A DNA stretch of 64,000 bases from Tubiluchus corallicola. Its lineage: Eukaryota > Animalia > Priapulida. The translations under genes and the position numbers were made by a program. Shown in pieces: positions 1 through 17,700 of this stretch. Under the pieces are notes generated by a model. It ran no database searches. It was not told the DNA's origin and saw nothing but the letters and a program-made list of their open reading frames with translations. The stretch covers positions 62,001 to 126,000 of the forward strand of contig JAQGDQ010000037.1 in NCBI GenBank assembly GCA_030141605.1, read 5' to 3'. Every line of letters starts with the position of its first letter. Positions within the stretch are counted from its first letter, which is position 1.

Positions 1-1643
1 CATGGCCAAGTTGAACTTAACATGAGTATCGGTAACCATTGTTACCGCCGCTCGTCAAGGGATGATTAACTGGGCCACACGCAAGTGAAACATCTAGATG
101 TAATAATTGTCTGTTAGTTTACACCAGGCTTAGCTGTAACATGACACTAATCACTTGTGATGTCTTTTTCCTGCATTCTCTTTCTACGAACTCTTTCAGC
201 ACATGACGACTAAATCTCCAAGCACATATGGTGAATGCCTTGAGATTTTGGGATAATTCCTACCAGTCTTATCTATTCCTGTTAAGCTGGCCTGGTTTAT
301 GTAAGATGCGGATGCAACACTACGCGCTGATGCTAAACATCCAGTGTGCAATAAAACCCAAAGGTTTGTGTACGTGTATGTATATACTATATATGGTAGT
401 ATATATAGTACATCAATAATATATACTGATATATATATATATATGGTATCAGTGATAAAGCAAAGAAATTATGTTCAAATCCAATTTAATTTTACACACT
501 TTCAAAAAAATATAGAACTAGTAAATATCATAAGTTGCCTTTACAATGTTTAATTAGAGTACTGAATGACAACGATCACAGAAAATCTAATAAAACGCTT
601 TGGAAAATTGATTTTTGCATGGTTGCATCTCATCTGTTAACGTACAAAGAATCAAGGCACTATTGATGATACATTCATTCCACTGTATCTAAAAACTAAA
701 CTTTTATTCTTAACTAACCCGGGTGGTTAATTAATTTAAGGCTATCCTTTTAGGATCATCTATCGTTCCATTGGAAGGCATGGCTTCCATCAAGGCCTAG
801 CTATAATTTTATATTAGCATTTTATTTATGTCTTGTTGTTGTTAACGGTTGTTAATCGAACTGACGCCTGCAGCCCACTATTTCTCAACCAGAAGAAAAA
901 ACTGCTGTTTTTCTTGAATCATCGCGCTTGCTGCACCAACTTCCAGTTTCCCTGATCCTTGGTGCTAGTTGCTAAGCATCCCAAGTAGTTACGTGGGATG
1001 CTGAAGCCTAAGCAATCTTTCTCAGGTTGAGAAGAAAACATCTTGGCGAGCTATTTTTACAGCCAGAAGACACCCTATATGCGTTTCAGCTTTCAAAACC
1101 ATAACATACAATCCATCTGTTGAAAATTAATCCATGGCCGACTCAGCTGTTGAAATAAACCAGCGCAGAACTAATGAACAGCGCATGCTCAATGGCTGCT
1201 GGCATGTTTATTATTGCAGACTCCCGTGAGTAGGAGAGCCTGCCTCCAGGACGCCCGGTTTACATTGGAAGTCCTAACGTGGGTCGTTGTCATACTCTGG
1301 TTAACTGTCCTTCATTGTAATTCACTGAGCAATGCAAACAGATCGTTTGTTAATCAGTTAAACTGTTGTCTATTATAAGTTGATCTGTTTAAACATTGTC
1401 GTGTGGCTGCTGCTTAGATCGCTCCAGTCAGCGTCACCACCACCTCGAAGTAGATTCAAGTTTTCTCTTACAAGAGCAACGGCTGTTGGTGTGCGCTTAC
1501 AAAAACATATCTACAAACGCAAGCAGCCAATTGCGGGTAGTTACTGGGTGACCAGACAACGCGATTTTAACAAGGTTATCCATTTGGACGCTGAAAGTGA
1601 TAGACCGAGTTGGTGTATAAGATTTTGAAGTAAAGAGACGTAA

Positions 1644-5496
<3,853 letters not shown>

Positions 5497-6590
5497 TGGT
5501 AATTTAAGCACTTTGCTGTCCAAAACAAAAAATACATGCCAAAATTTAAAACATAAACGTGACATGAAGGATCAGCTCCATGGCTTCAGCCAACTTGATG
5601 CATCGTGTTTAAATCACTAGATATAACGCATAGACATATTTGCACTCAAATTACCAGTTTTGTATTTCGAAAAATTTGTTTGTTTTTAAGCTAAGTGCTA
5701 ACTGTTGTGAGAAGAGTTTATTTATGTTTCGAATATTTGTAAGTTGAAGAACTGAAGATACACTAGCGCAGTAGACCCATGTAAACGAAATACTTCGTCA
5801 TGACTTGTTAGGTATCTGCCGCCCATTTTTATATTCAGGGCTTCAAAAAAAATTTAATTCGGACACGTAAATAATAATGATCAGCAATAAATTAAATCCA
5901 GGCAGTGCTGAAACAAATGTTTGTCTAGGAGCAGACGTCCTCCATCACAGTATAACAATATTCTTTCTGTGGAGGTGTATCCTGCAGGCTTTAGGCTCTG
6001 CTCTCAAATAATTTGCAAAACTTTATTCTTTACAACCTTTCATTACCACCTTTCGGATTTAAAGGCGAAATTCTAAGTCTATGGAAAGCTAGGTTTTGAC
6101 TTACGTTTGCATTAAGACAGAAACTGGTTTAAAATGAAATGTTCTTTATAATATAATTTAGGCTTATTTCCACGTTATCCTTTAGGATAAATTTTCCTAG
6201 TTTCTGTGGAAAATTTAGCAGAAAAACTGTATAACACAACTTGCAATAACTTTATTATATTACTTTCATTTTTAGTAATGATCTGTAGACATGTTCAGGA
6301 TAATTGACTCCGTTACATTTATGTGCCTTACTGGTATTTTATTTTTCATTTCCTGCAACAATAATAAACCTAGGATATAAAAATTTATCACTATAAAATA
6401 AGTGTAATACTGTAATAGTGAACTGAGATGTAGTGGTTTATTCATTTGCCTTGTTATTTAAACTCACTCAAGTGATATCTTGATGCCAAATAAAACTATT
6501 ATGTACATTATTACTATTAGCTCTAAGAAAACATCTGCAGTGATTTTTTTATCGTTATTATGTCATTTAATGTACATGCATAGCTAGTAC

Positions 6591-6809
6591 CAGGGCCTAT
6601 TTCAAGGGGGGAGTGGGGATACTTCCCCGGGGCCTCACCCTCCAGGGGGGCCTCGCGCCGAGGTAACATTATTTTTTTGCTTTACTGTACAACTCCATAT
6701 TTTCTCTTCGAAAATGCTTCTGAGGCGTTCTAACAGTTCAAAAATTTTCCCCGAGGAAGCCTCACACACCCCACTTCCCCGGGCCTCGCTTAGGCTGAAA
6801 TAGGCCCTG
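6591..6809. mobile_element. hAT-type MITE, 219 bp
   Basis: 14-bp TIRs CAGGGCCTATTTCA (6591-6604) and TGAAATAGGCCCTG (6796-6809); perfect 8-bp TSD GCTAGTAC at 6583-6590 and 6810-6817; GC-rich against an AT-rich background. Confidence 0.9.
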
Positions 6810-9691
6810 GCTAGTACAGAAACATACAGACAATCTTCAGCAGGTCTGTGGGTAGGATCGTCAGGTGCCTTGCAGTCTGGACTCTCCGCGATATGAAGCT
6901 TTTTCCGAACTTTAGCTTGAAATCCCGCCAGAGCATTATCAATCTACATTGCATTTCAAAACACCGAACTGTAAGACAGTTTCATGCAAATCGTTCCATT
7001 ACTGACAAAATTTCAAAATACGATTTTTACAATCAAGACACTCAGCGGTAAAGATGCAGATCGACCTCTCGGCACAGTCATTGCCGGGAAAAATTATTTT
7101 AACGTTTTTGATCTTGTGACCAGAGGGTTGACTTTTTGAACCGTGAGTTTCCACGTCTCGCCTAGACCAATCGGTGCGAAGTTAGATGACTACAGCTTCG
7201 TCTGTTTAGATTTCATTGTGTGGATAGACGAGCACAGATACATACAGTCATAGACGCGACTAAAAACCCTACCGCCAAATGACAGTCCACCTGTAATAAC
7301 TTACTGTCACACAATTACATGACATAGTAAACCCATATTTCTGGGAAAACAGCATTGTAGACTTTTTATAAATTGGTGACCCAATAAGCATCATTGGTTT
7401 CCATAAGGGCCAATAATGTACTTTAGCCAGGACGTAGTATAATAACTAATATTAACAAATAATTAACTGGTATTAGCTAACCACAACTGAATAGATTCAA
7501 AATACCTGAAAAACAGACTTTGCCTAATGAAGAAGTTGGAAAGCTCTACCCCTTATGCAAACGTGTTTTATACACAATGTTCTCAAAATCGAAACCCAAG
7601 CATAGCAACAAACTTGCCTGAGCTTTGACAATCCTTAAAATCATTTTTAAAGTTCTGTAGTTAAATTTCTAATATTTAACAAATATCTGTCTTTCTCTAA
7701 GAAAACGTTATATAATGACAAAAGTTATCAGACAAATGCATACTAGTAGAGTAAACAACCAGCAGTATTCAGCAAGTTCCTCAAACATGTAGCACTAGCA
7801 TATTATGACGAAATCTAGCTAATCTACTAACCAATGTAGTTGACATTCGCTTATTGTAAAATAACAAATACACAGACAACTTTTCTTAAAAAAGTTAACA
7901 AATGTCCAATGATTCTTGGTGGAGTGTTAACGATTAAAAGAAATAAAGTTTCAAGAATACCTCACTAGAACAATACAGTTTTAACAATTACGCACATTTT
8001 TATTAGCGGTAATAAATACATTTATCTGTTATTACTTTACAGTACAAAAAATTGGGAATATTTTCCAGCTATTTATTATGTACAGTTTCATTCTAACATA
8101 AATACAACACGCTTATAAGTAGTTGACAAAATTTATCAAATTATTATTATAAACGTTACTAATAATTATGATAACATTTTGTGCTTCTCTATATTATCGT
8201 CATAATTATACATGTAGAATGCAACAATAATTACAATTTTGGTTTACAAATGTTTTACACATGATGAAAACACAGTATGTAAAATTTCTGGGTGGGTTGA
8301 TCTATCTAGTTTCTAGTTTCTAAGCTACACAAATAACTGAAATTACAATGATTCATTTAGTTCACTAAAACGTTTGTAGATGGCACCACCAGCATGATAT
8401 CTACATTTCTACGAAATCTCTGAAAATGCTAGATGAACGTCATCGAGAAAGAAAGTAGGACTTCTTTCAATAAACTATTATTAAAAGATACTTAATATTA
8501 AAGCATGAAGAAGTTGAAAGGTGGAAACTTGAAATATAAAAGTGGGATTTACATAGCCAAATAACATTCGGTTAATTTCTCAGAAACAGGGTGTGGCTCC
8601 ACTCAGTTGTACCTGACACTCAAATGGTCATCACAGTTATATAATCAAAGCATACCTTGAACAGTTGAAATGTTAAATTTTTAACAATTTTACAAATTAA
8701 TATACAGCACAACAAAGAAGTGGTTGAATTCCACACAATTTTTTGCTATTTCTAGACAAAGTAAATGCTTAAATACCAAGGAAGACAATCAAGAATGACC
8801 AGTCTAAATTAGGCAGATTCCTGTTCAAAGACGACCATTTTTAAACTAACAAACAACAACTAAAGATGCAAAAGGTGTGACATGTATAGGCATAATGTGA
8901 ACAAAATTTAATGTTAATGTAAACGATTTGTTTGGTGTGAATAAGCTTCAAATAATACACAGTTGTGTTTCTTGCTACATGATGATAGAAAATTCTTTAT
9001 CTTAGGTAGTAAACTCATTTGTAAGCGGGAAAAATGTGTAGTATCTGACAAGAATACTGAATTCAGTTTTTACTCGTTGACAAATACCTAAGAACAACTA
9101 CAGCAATTTCATTATAAAGAAAATGTCAGATGGACTGCAATTTGGCAGAAGGAAAACTTTGCTACATTGAGGATACATTTATAAAAATATAAAGAAAGGA
9201 TCATCTAACTTTCAGTATACAGACATGTACTAGGATTTTAAGCATAGGTCGATACTTTTGTTTTAGTGTCAGATTGCAACATACTGTAGTAATGCATTGG
9301 TATTGAATTAGTACAGAAGCCTAGTCTGATACATGTACATACTTAAAAAGGCATGGAATTTGCCCTAATGGTATATTTCTAATTGTGAGTAAAACTTTCA
9401 AATGGTAAGATGCGCAGTTTGATATGAACCAAAGAGTGTACTCAAAATGCAGAAATTTTAGATGAAAATATGTAATACACAAGTACAACAAGCAATGAGT
9501 ATCTGAATGGCATGTTTTCTTTATCTAAATTTACCGACTGACATTTACGAAGTGGAATGAGCACTTCTTTTGTGAAACGTTAAGACATCTAAGCACACAC
9601 ATACCGATTACATTACATCAGTTATTGCTGTAAACAAGTGTAAACTTTCAAAAACTATTGATGAAATTTGATTTTATTTACAAAAAGTACA

Positions 9692-12600
9692 CTAGTTTAG
9701 CATTGCATGTCGGTCATAAACATTTCTCCGCTGCTCTTGAACCTGAGATTTCCAGCGTTCTTTCTGGTTCTCTACCCGGTTAAGCACGGTGTCGGCTCGC
9801 ACTCGACGCATGACACGCTCTGGCTCCTCCTGTTAAAACAGTATACATGTATCAATGAAACACTGCAAGAGCATTCGCTAAATCGTTTGGCAAAAAACTC
9901 TACATTAGTCAATTGAACTGCAGGTAAATGTAAAAGCGAATGGTCTTAAATTTGCTATCACATCAAGTTGTTATTTTGTCAAAACACTAAATTTCACAAA
10001 TTAATTTACTAATATGAAGATATAGACACCAGAATGAAACTTGACTAAGAGTGCAACATGAACCTAGGGCGGAACCTAGGACAACGAACAACATTAGTTT
10101 TAAGTAATAAAATCATAATTCAACAAAAAATGAAAGTTAGTTTACTTCTTTGTCCAATCCAAAGCAATTCCATTAACAAAAAAATGATTTAAATTTGAAG
10201 AAAATATGAGGTGAGATCACTTTACCACAAAAAATATTTTCAAAAAGTTACTATTCATATTGAAAAACAAATGTGGCATACAATTTAATAGTATCTAAAA
10301 CTTAATCAATATTTCTGTCACTTCAACAACTTAATCTCATAGGAAGTAAAACAGCCGTAGATGATAATACTATTGCAGTAGATATTACTGTGTTATTTTA
10401 AGAAAACTAGTGTTCAATGACTTCTAATCTTGATATACTCAAGCTACAACAGAGAACAAACTTTTAACTGAAGAAGCACACCAAGCAAATATCATAAAAT
10501 GTAAGATGCAATTTTAGTAGCAGCATTACGTTATTGGACAGGTGACACCATTGAAGAAATCAGTTTTATTTACAAAATTAAAGCTAGTTTGCCTGATAAA
10601 AATTATCTTAATTTGGTGAGCAACTTACAAATTGCCAAGTGCAAAAGGAATTTGACTACAATTACATTTTGCTTAATTAACATAAATAATTACCAAATTC
10701 ACCTCCTCATTAGTCTGTGGCCGATATGCAACTCCGCGTTTTGTCATCAACGGATCCAGACACAAAAGGAATAACATGTAAATCAATAGGAATGACATGA
10801 TGCAGATAATAATGATCACAACAACCTGGTAAATCAACAGAAAATTGTAAGTAAGTACTACAGACTAAAGTGAATTTACATATAACGAGGAGTATTAGAC
10901 TTCTTTCTTACTTTTACAAATATTTATTAAAACAAGAAAAAATTCACAAGATTTAACTTATTAAAAGTGAGTTAGTAAAGAATATAACTTTATATAAGTT
11001 TATTTTAAGGTAATAAGTTGTAAAAATGAAAAAATCTGAGTTAACATTTTAGTAAGTCAAGATAAGCCTGTTATAATTTAGATATATATAAAACTTTTGG
11101 GTTTTCCAAACAAATGCACTATCTGCTTTCACAAATTTACCTTTATAGTAGTAGGACTTCGGCTTTCAAATTTACATTCGCAACGGGGACAAAATTCATT
11201 AACTTTTTCAATTACGGAATGCAGCTCTGGTACAAGCTCTACCATGTATTCACATTTACTAAAAAATAACAAACGTTGTGAAGTCAATTTATAGCTACAA
11301 GGCTTGAAATGGGCTTATTATATTGTCATGCACAAAAAAGATGAATACTAGTTATAGGCTAGAGATCAAGGAAGTGCTTCCGAGTTTCCACAGCAGAATC
11401 CGGGCCACAGCCTCAATAAGCAACACATTTTCTGTACTCTGAGACCAAGTCATTTTGGAGGCTTTAAGTACGAAGAAATTTGTTCTCGCCATATGCCCAT
11501 AGTGTCTGCTTATCTGCAGATCCAATTTTCCTTAACAATAATAGGTTATTCTTTTAAGAAGGTATGAAATTCTTTATAAGAAAGTTTTCTAAAGTTGTGC
11601 AGAACAAATAAAAGCTCTTTCAATGACTCTACACTCAAGTTGTTCCTCTGCACTCAAGTGAATAAACTTGTTCGATGTTTATATTGTAAGATGGAATTTA
11701 GCAAATAACAGTGAAACTTGCAGTTCTGAATGACACTCAATGTTATTCGACTGCTGAAAATATTTGCTCCATTTCTGGTGAGTAAACAAATTAGAGAACA
11801 CCTTATCACTTTGACAATATTCAAAAACTTCTTTAGACTGCTCAGCTTATCAAAACACTTTGCTATTAGTTTTAACACCCGCCTTCAATAGAAATAAAAA
11901 ACCGTCTGCTAAAAGCTAGACAAAAACATTTGAAATGACTTGGACAAATGAAATGACTTAAATCTCAATTTTTTTATTTTCACAGGAGTTTTCGTCCTTC
12001 GCAGACTTCATCAGCTGTACAGTAGAGATACACTAATAAAAATTACAGGTAAAACTACATATAAAATGACAATATGCCATGACAATAAAATAAGGATACC
12101 AAATTCATTCAGAAACTGTGTTAAAAACAAAATTAGAAGAAACATTACAATTGCTAACACAGCTTTTTAATGAATTTTCTATCCCCTATTTTAATGTCTC
12201 TGTATTTTATTTCAAATTTACAGCTGATGAAGGTTCATGAAGAAGGAAAGCACCTGTAAAAAATAAAAAAAAATTGAAAACGACTTCTTTATGATTACGA
12301 CCATGGCAAGTCTCAGAAGAGTACTAACTTATTTTCAAGCTAATGACTTGGGCAAATTCTGGACATCTTTAAATAAATTTATAAAAAACTGCCTGTTCTA
12401 AACAAAATGATTTGTAAGTAATCGGCAACTTTTACCAAAAATTTGGAGATTCACGTGAATGCACTCTAACGAAATCTAAACTTTTTAACTCGTATTATAA
12501 TCACAAAGCAAATCCATATGTGTTTTTGGGTTCAATTAGTGATGTCATTGTAATATAACACAAGTATTTAATTAAGTTGGTACTATACAAACAACTTTAA

Positions 12601-14382
12601 CTTCAAATAAAATAAAAAATAAAAATTATACAAAAGAATTCTATAACTAAGTTGCTTTACCATTTATCTGCAGATATTTTAGTTAACTTGTAGACTGTTT
12701 TGTTAGTTTCAGTTCCATTAACAACAGTAGGACTTGGACATACACATTTACATCTACTATCATCTTCGCTGGCCTGAAATAAAGGACATGAATTAAGCTG
12801 TTGAATCTTACACAAATATGTTAAAATCTTGAGATTTAAAGAAAAGGGCAAGCCTTCTGGGAAGTTAGGCTTATTTTCATATTTGCAAAAAAAAGTTAAA
12901 AAAAAATTTGTAATAAAAGTGTGTTAAGCGGCTCATGTAATTAGTAAAATCGCTTTAAGGTCAAGTTTTGGCACACCGATTTTCAACGCCCATTCTTCCA
13001 CCAATGACGTCATTCATCGACTGAAGAAAAACAGCATGGCGTCAATTTCCGTGAAAAGTATAATAAGTTTTAATATCATTCCGTGAAAAGTATAATAAAA
13101 AATTACATACCGTATATACTTATGTACAAGTCGACCTTATGTACAAGTCGATGTGCATTTAAAGAGAAAAATTGCATCATTTTATATATTACCTGTGTAC
13201 AAGTCAACCCTAAAATATTAAGATCTTCCAGAGTGAATGATGTGGTTCATCACCTTCCCATTTGAAGAAAAAAATAATTTACTAAAATTAATACCTCTGC
13301 GTAGTTGTGTTTTATATACGCGTGTATGCTGGTAATCGATATTTTGCCAATAAAACACGCATATACAAGGCCAGTGTAAAACAGTATACAAAAGCCGACA
13401 GGCGGCAGCACCTGCACAACATTGGTGGTTTCCAGGTTCCGATCTAGTGCTCCGTTGCTAGTTTATTTACCGGTAATATATAAATTTTAACTTAATTTCA
13501 CATGCATTAAAATAAATTACAGTAATATTTGTTAATTTTGTGAAGTAATGTCAAGATGCAAACATTCTCTGATGTGAAGTACCACAGTATGAGTGTTCAT
13601 TCAGTCCAGCGTATAATGAAGGATTGTTTCTTTACATATTCGTATTGTAGACGACTCTTTAGCGACATCTCTCAAAAACATATCTTAAGTATAAGTCGAC
13701 CCCAAAAATTTCACCTTAAAATCGCCACCCAAAAATTCGACTTGTACATAAGTATATACGGTAAGTAATTATGTGAAAGTTCTGTACAGCAGTAGCATAA
13801 ATTATCTTTATGCTTTATAGATATTTTTTTGCAAATTTCTTTGTTATATTTTTCTAAGTATAAATGATTACAGTAAAATGAACCTAAAGTGCTATGCGAC
13901 TTGTTCTTTCCTTTAACTTACACCTCATGAATTTTAGATAATTTTGCATAAATTTTTACTGCTCATTGAAAGTTTTATTAAGAACATCTTTGCTAGTGAT
14001 TATGAAGCCACACACATTTACTATAAGAGTACATGACTGTCAATGTACACGTATATTTTGTCCGAACTACGACAGAAACAACAAATTGAATACCGATGTT
14101 AGCTGTATAACTATAAACAGAAGAATTTAACAGTAACGTAATCTTTACACTGTAATAAGTTAATAACAGTATAGACACACATCTGCGTGGAGAACCCGCA
14201 CGGACGCCAGGCTAACAATTCTTTTTTTCATTCTAATGAAAGACGATGAAAAGCAATAGCGTTCGACGAAAACCCTAAAAAATAGACTACGTCAAACAAA
14301 ATTTTGCGTAACTGCTCACCTCTGCAGTTAATATAAAACTAGTTGTTAATGCACATATAACCGCAAAGACTTTAGAAGTCAT
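9692..14382 (-). CDS. TMEM9: TMEM9 family single-pass membrane protein; exons 14382-14320, 12773-12661, 11258-11141, 10825-10703, 9829-9692, 184 aa
   Basis: Signal peptide MTSKVFAVICALTTSFILTAE; Cys-rich luminal RCKCVCP...CKCEYMV...FCPRCECKFESRSPTTIK; TM VVVIIIICIMSFLLIYMLFLLCLDP; C-terminus VLNRVENQKERWKSQVQEQRRNVYDRHAMLN*, matching the TMEM9/9B family. All introns are GT-AG with consistent phases (0,2,0,0). Confidence 0.93.
11965..12278. repeat. ~310-bp imperfect palindrome with two inverted, degenerate minimal hammerhead-ribozyme motifs (Penelope-like element remnant)
   Basis: Minus 12020-11981 reads acag-CTGATGA-agtctgcgaaggac-GAAA-actc-ctgt. Plus 12217-12260 reads tttacag-CTGATGA-aggttcatgaagaag-GAAA-gcac-ctgtaaa. 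The inner arms (gacaataaaataaggataccaaattcattcagaaactgtgtta versus taacacagctttttaatgaattttctatcccctattttaatgtc) are also reverse-complementary. Confidence 0.65.
13110..13761. mobile_element. Tc1/mariner superfamily (Tc2/pogo-like) non-autonomous element, 652 bp, in TMEM9 intron 1
   Basis: Perfect 25-bp TIRs CCGTATATACTTATGTACAAGTCGA (13110-13134) and its reverse complement (13737-13761), flanked by TA on both sides; subterminal repeats of TA(C/T)AAGTC(G/A)ACC; no transposase ORF. Confidence 0.9.
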
Positions 14383-14754
14383 CTTTGGCTGAAGCTGTTA
14401 ACCAAATCTTACATAATTACTAATCTTAGTTTCTCAAATGTTGGTTATTCAAGTTCACGTTTTCAGTACCAATGTACTTCTCGGTTGCACTACAAATTCA
14501 GTGTTGATGGTTCACGGTTGAACCAAAGCAGTGAAATCTCCAAGGAGCTTGAATAGACTTGCTTTTTAAAACCAAACTACCTTGCGTACAATTTGTAGTA
14601 ACATACGAAGTACTATTTTCAGCTAAGGTTGTTAAAATAATTATCAGATACGGTGTATTGTAAACAATGTTATTGAAAAATTCCACTTTGTGTATGATAT
14701 CTAGTAGAGACCTCTTTCAAGTTAAGTGCTGGCCTCTATCGACAATAGTAAAAT
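14383..14754. promoter_or_regulatory. Putative bidirectional promoter between TMEM9 and SLC35E1
   Basis: Only 372 bp separate the divergently oriented ATGs (14382 minus, 14755 plus). TSSs cannot be determined from sequence. Confidence 0.65.
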
Positions 14755-17700
14755 ATGTTGTTTACCTTCGCGATGGCGGAAGTGATGGACGTGTACAAAA
14801 TTTGTAAAATATTCGGGCTATGTTTGGTTTGGTATATTATCAGTGCTTCCAATAACATTGTAGGAAAAGTTTTACTAGGCAGTTTTCCTTACCCAGTGAC
14901 AGTAACTATGGCACAATTGATTTCTACAGCTGTGTATTCAGTTCCCATATTGCGGATATCTGGCGTATCAGTGTCAATTGTTCCATGGCAGTATTGGTTA
15001 AGACTCATACTACCGTTATCTATAGGCAAATTTCTAGCTTCGCTGTCGTCTCACATCAGCATTTGGAAAGTGCCTGTGTCGTATGCTCATACAGGTACTT
15101 TTTTAACTTTTTAATTTTTTTAATAACTTTGTAACTTGCAAGAGGGCTTTCTGATAAAATGCTGGTGTCGCATTAATTAACCTTAATCTGTAGGTTAATT
15201 AACAGCACAAAAATGGAGAGTTTGACGTAGGCTGTTCGCGTACCAGGTGGTACCACGATACCTTCAGAAATTTTGAAAATGAAAACCTTTGCAAAAAATT
15301 TTAAGCCCTTAGAAAGCAGTAAAGTTAGGAACAGTGCCCCATTGTGCTGTTTTACAGTTTTAAGAAAATGTGTGCGAATGTGAGATATTTGCACCAGTTG
15401 CAGTCCAGCTTTTGTACTTTTTAAAACATTTTCATTGCATAACTTTAGACATTTTTATAGATGATTTTGAACTTTTCAGTTAAAGCGACGATGCCTTTAT
15501 TTGTGGTCGTTCTTTCGAGGATAGTTATGCACGAAAAGCAAACTACAATGGTAAGTTATTAGTTATTAATATTGTTGTGCAAAATCTGTGCACTGAGTTA
15601 ATTTAACAACCCCGTACAATATTCCATATTATGTTTTACTTTTATTATGTTAATATTAATTAACTACATTTTCCTTGCCACTAACTAGACAAAACAAGGC
15701 TAGTTTAGAGATTTTACACCTGGTAGTTCTAGATCTACACCTTTATTCCTTGCTAGTTTTTGCTAGTTTTTTTTTAATGTAAGTGTAGACATGGGATTCT
15801 TTTATCTTAAAGCAAGCAGTTGGAGAAAATTTAGGATTAAATCGGATACTGCAAGAAAGGGCATAATGAATGAACAATATGTTCAAAACTTAATAGCACT
15901 GACCTGGGTCTCTACTGACTGTCTAGTACAAATAGTAAAATTTTGTCAGCATTATGGACTGATCACACCAGTAATTCATTTTTGTCACACTTTTAGGATT
16001 AAGTCTTTTAATGCCTATCAGAATGCAGGTCTATACACTTCTTATTGGGGTGTTGCTTGTGAGTTTTATGGTCAAACAAGTCAGGTAAATGACTTCACTG
16101 ATAAATAGAACTGACAAAACTTTATTTTAAAAATGGAAAATTCATCAACCGTAACATAAGCAACAGGGAAGCTATTTCAAATGATATTTTAATAGTGTAT
16201 TTTATCCTTAAAGCCAATTATCTGCTTTATTTTGTTTATTTATCATTGGAATTTTTATAGCATTTATGGCTTTACAACATTTTATTTATCTAGGCTTAAT
16301 ATTTAGTAGAATAATCACTCTTTTCTTTGTGCTTTAATTCTATATGACTTTTTATATAGCACCCCAGTTTTGCATAGTGTATGTCTTGTATTCTCTTGAG
16401 CATATTTTTTCAGGTGTACTTGTCATTAATTCCAATAGTACTTGGTGTTATCATTGCAAGTCTAACAGAGATAAACTTTCAACTGATTGGCTTGACTAGC
16501 GCTTTAGCTGCAACATTGGGATTTTCGTTGCTTAATGTTTTTGCTAAAAAGGTATGGAGCAATATTGTGTACTGTAATAAAATTTTGTTTTATAAAGGAA
16601 TTTATTTTAAGATTGTTTTAAGTTTGAAAAGCTCTCCTGTATTTTAACTAGCATGTGTCCAATTTTTTCCACAAAGCTTTCTTGGTGTTCAACAAAGAAA
16701 ATTATTGTTAGAGTGTCAATGTTTACAATGATAAATACAGGGTTAATGTTGTGGGCTTTACAGATATTTTTGGCACCATACAACTCTGCTCTTCATGACC
16801 TTGTCTATGTTCAAGTTAAAGTTAATTAATTAATTACAAAGGGATTACTACAATTTTGAACTAAGGACATCCTAGTTAGACTAAGCACTTCCTAGCTAAT
16901 CTTCTTACAAAATTTCAACTCAATTAGATAAATACTTTTAGTTGAAAAAAGTGTGACGGAGAGAGTGAGTGAGTGAATGAAGCAATCGCTGAATTTTTTT
17001 GTAGGACACTGGTATCAAGCAAGGTGTTGAACAGCTGAGCAACACAATCGTCATTCAGGTTTATAATCACGGATCACAAACTTGTCCAAATTATTTTTTA
17101 AAGTAATGTTTCTTACATCATTACTGCCTCTCTTTTTTAGTTGCTCGTTTCCAAAAACTTTTCAAAAGTGCTATCCTTAGAAATATCTCTGAGCATTGCT
17201 AATTATATGTAGTAGTTTGATGATGCGCTGTACGTCAACGACACACACATGATCATGCAAAACCCATTCAGCATCAAAAGCAAAACCTATAGGTAGTGTC
17301 TGTTTCTAACGTTCTGTTAACAGTAATTACGTTTTAAAAGTTTAGAAGTGGAATGCAGTCTAGACTACAGTGGACATACAGTGATACTCACATATGTAGG
17401 GGTGTTCAGTGGAATTTGATTATTTACGGCAATATTGTTAAATATCTGAACAAACATTTCAATTTTACTTCAGTGTAACCAGTACATAGCACAACTGGTT
17501 GCTTAAAATGTGAATACTGTCTTCCTTATTGTCTGGAAGTTTCTCCAGTAAGCTGTCAAAACTTTCCCTTGAGATAATAGTATAATTAAAAACATGGTTA
17601 CCACACCGCAACGTTGATCTCTGTGTGTTAATCATCAAATTTGCTCGATATCTGTGTTTGCCCATTTATTCTTGTAAATTAATAGGTCTGTGAAGTCTAT

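Noticed and set aside
5752-5810. CTGAAGA...GAAA in the Six1/2 3' UTR as a possible hammerhead
   Set aside because: There is no convincing stem II closing the core, so it is likely chance.
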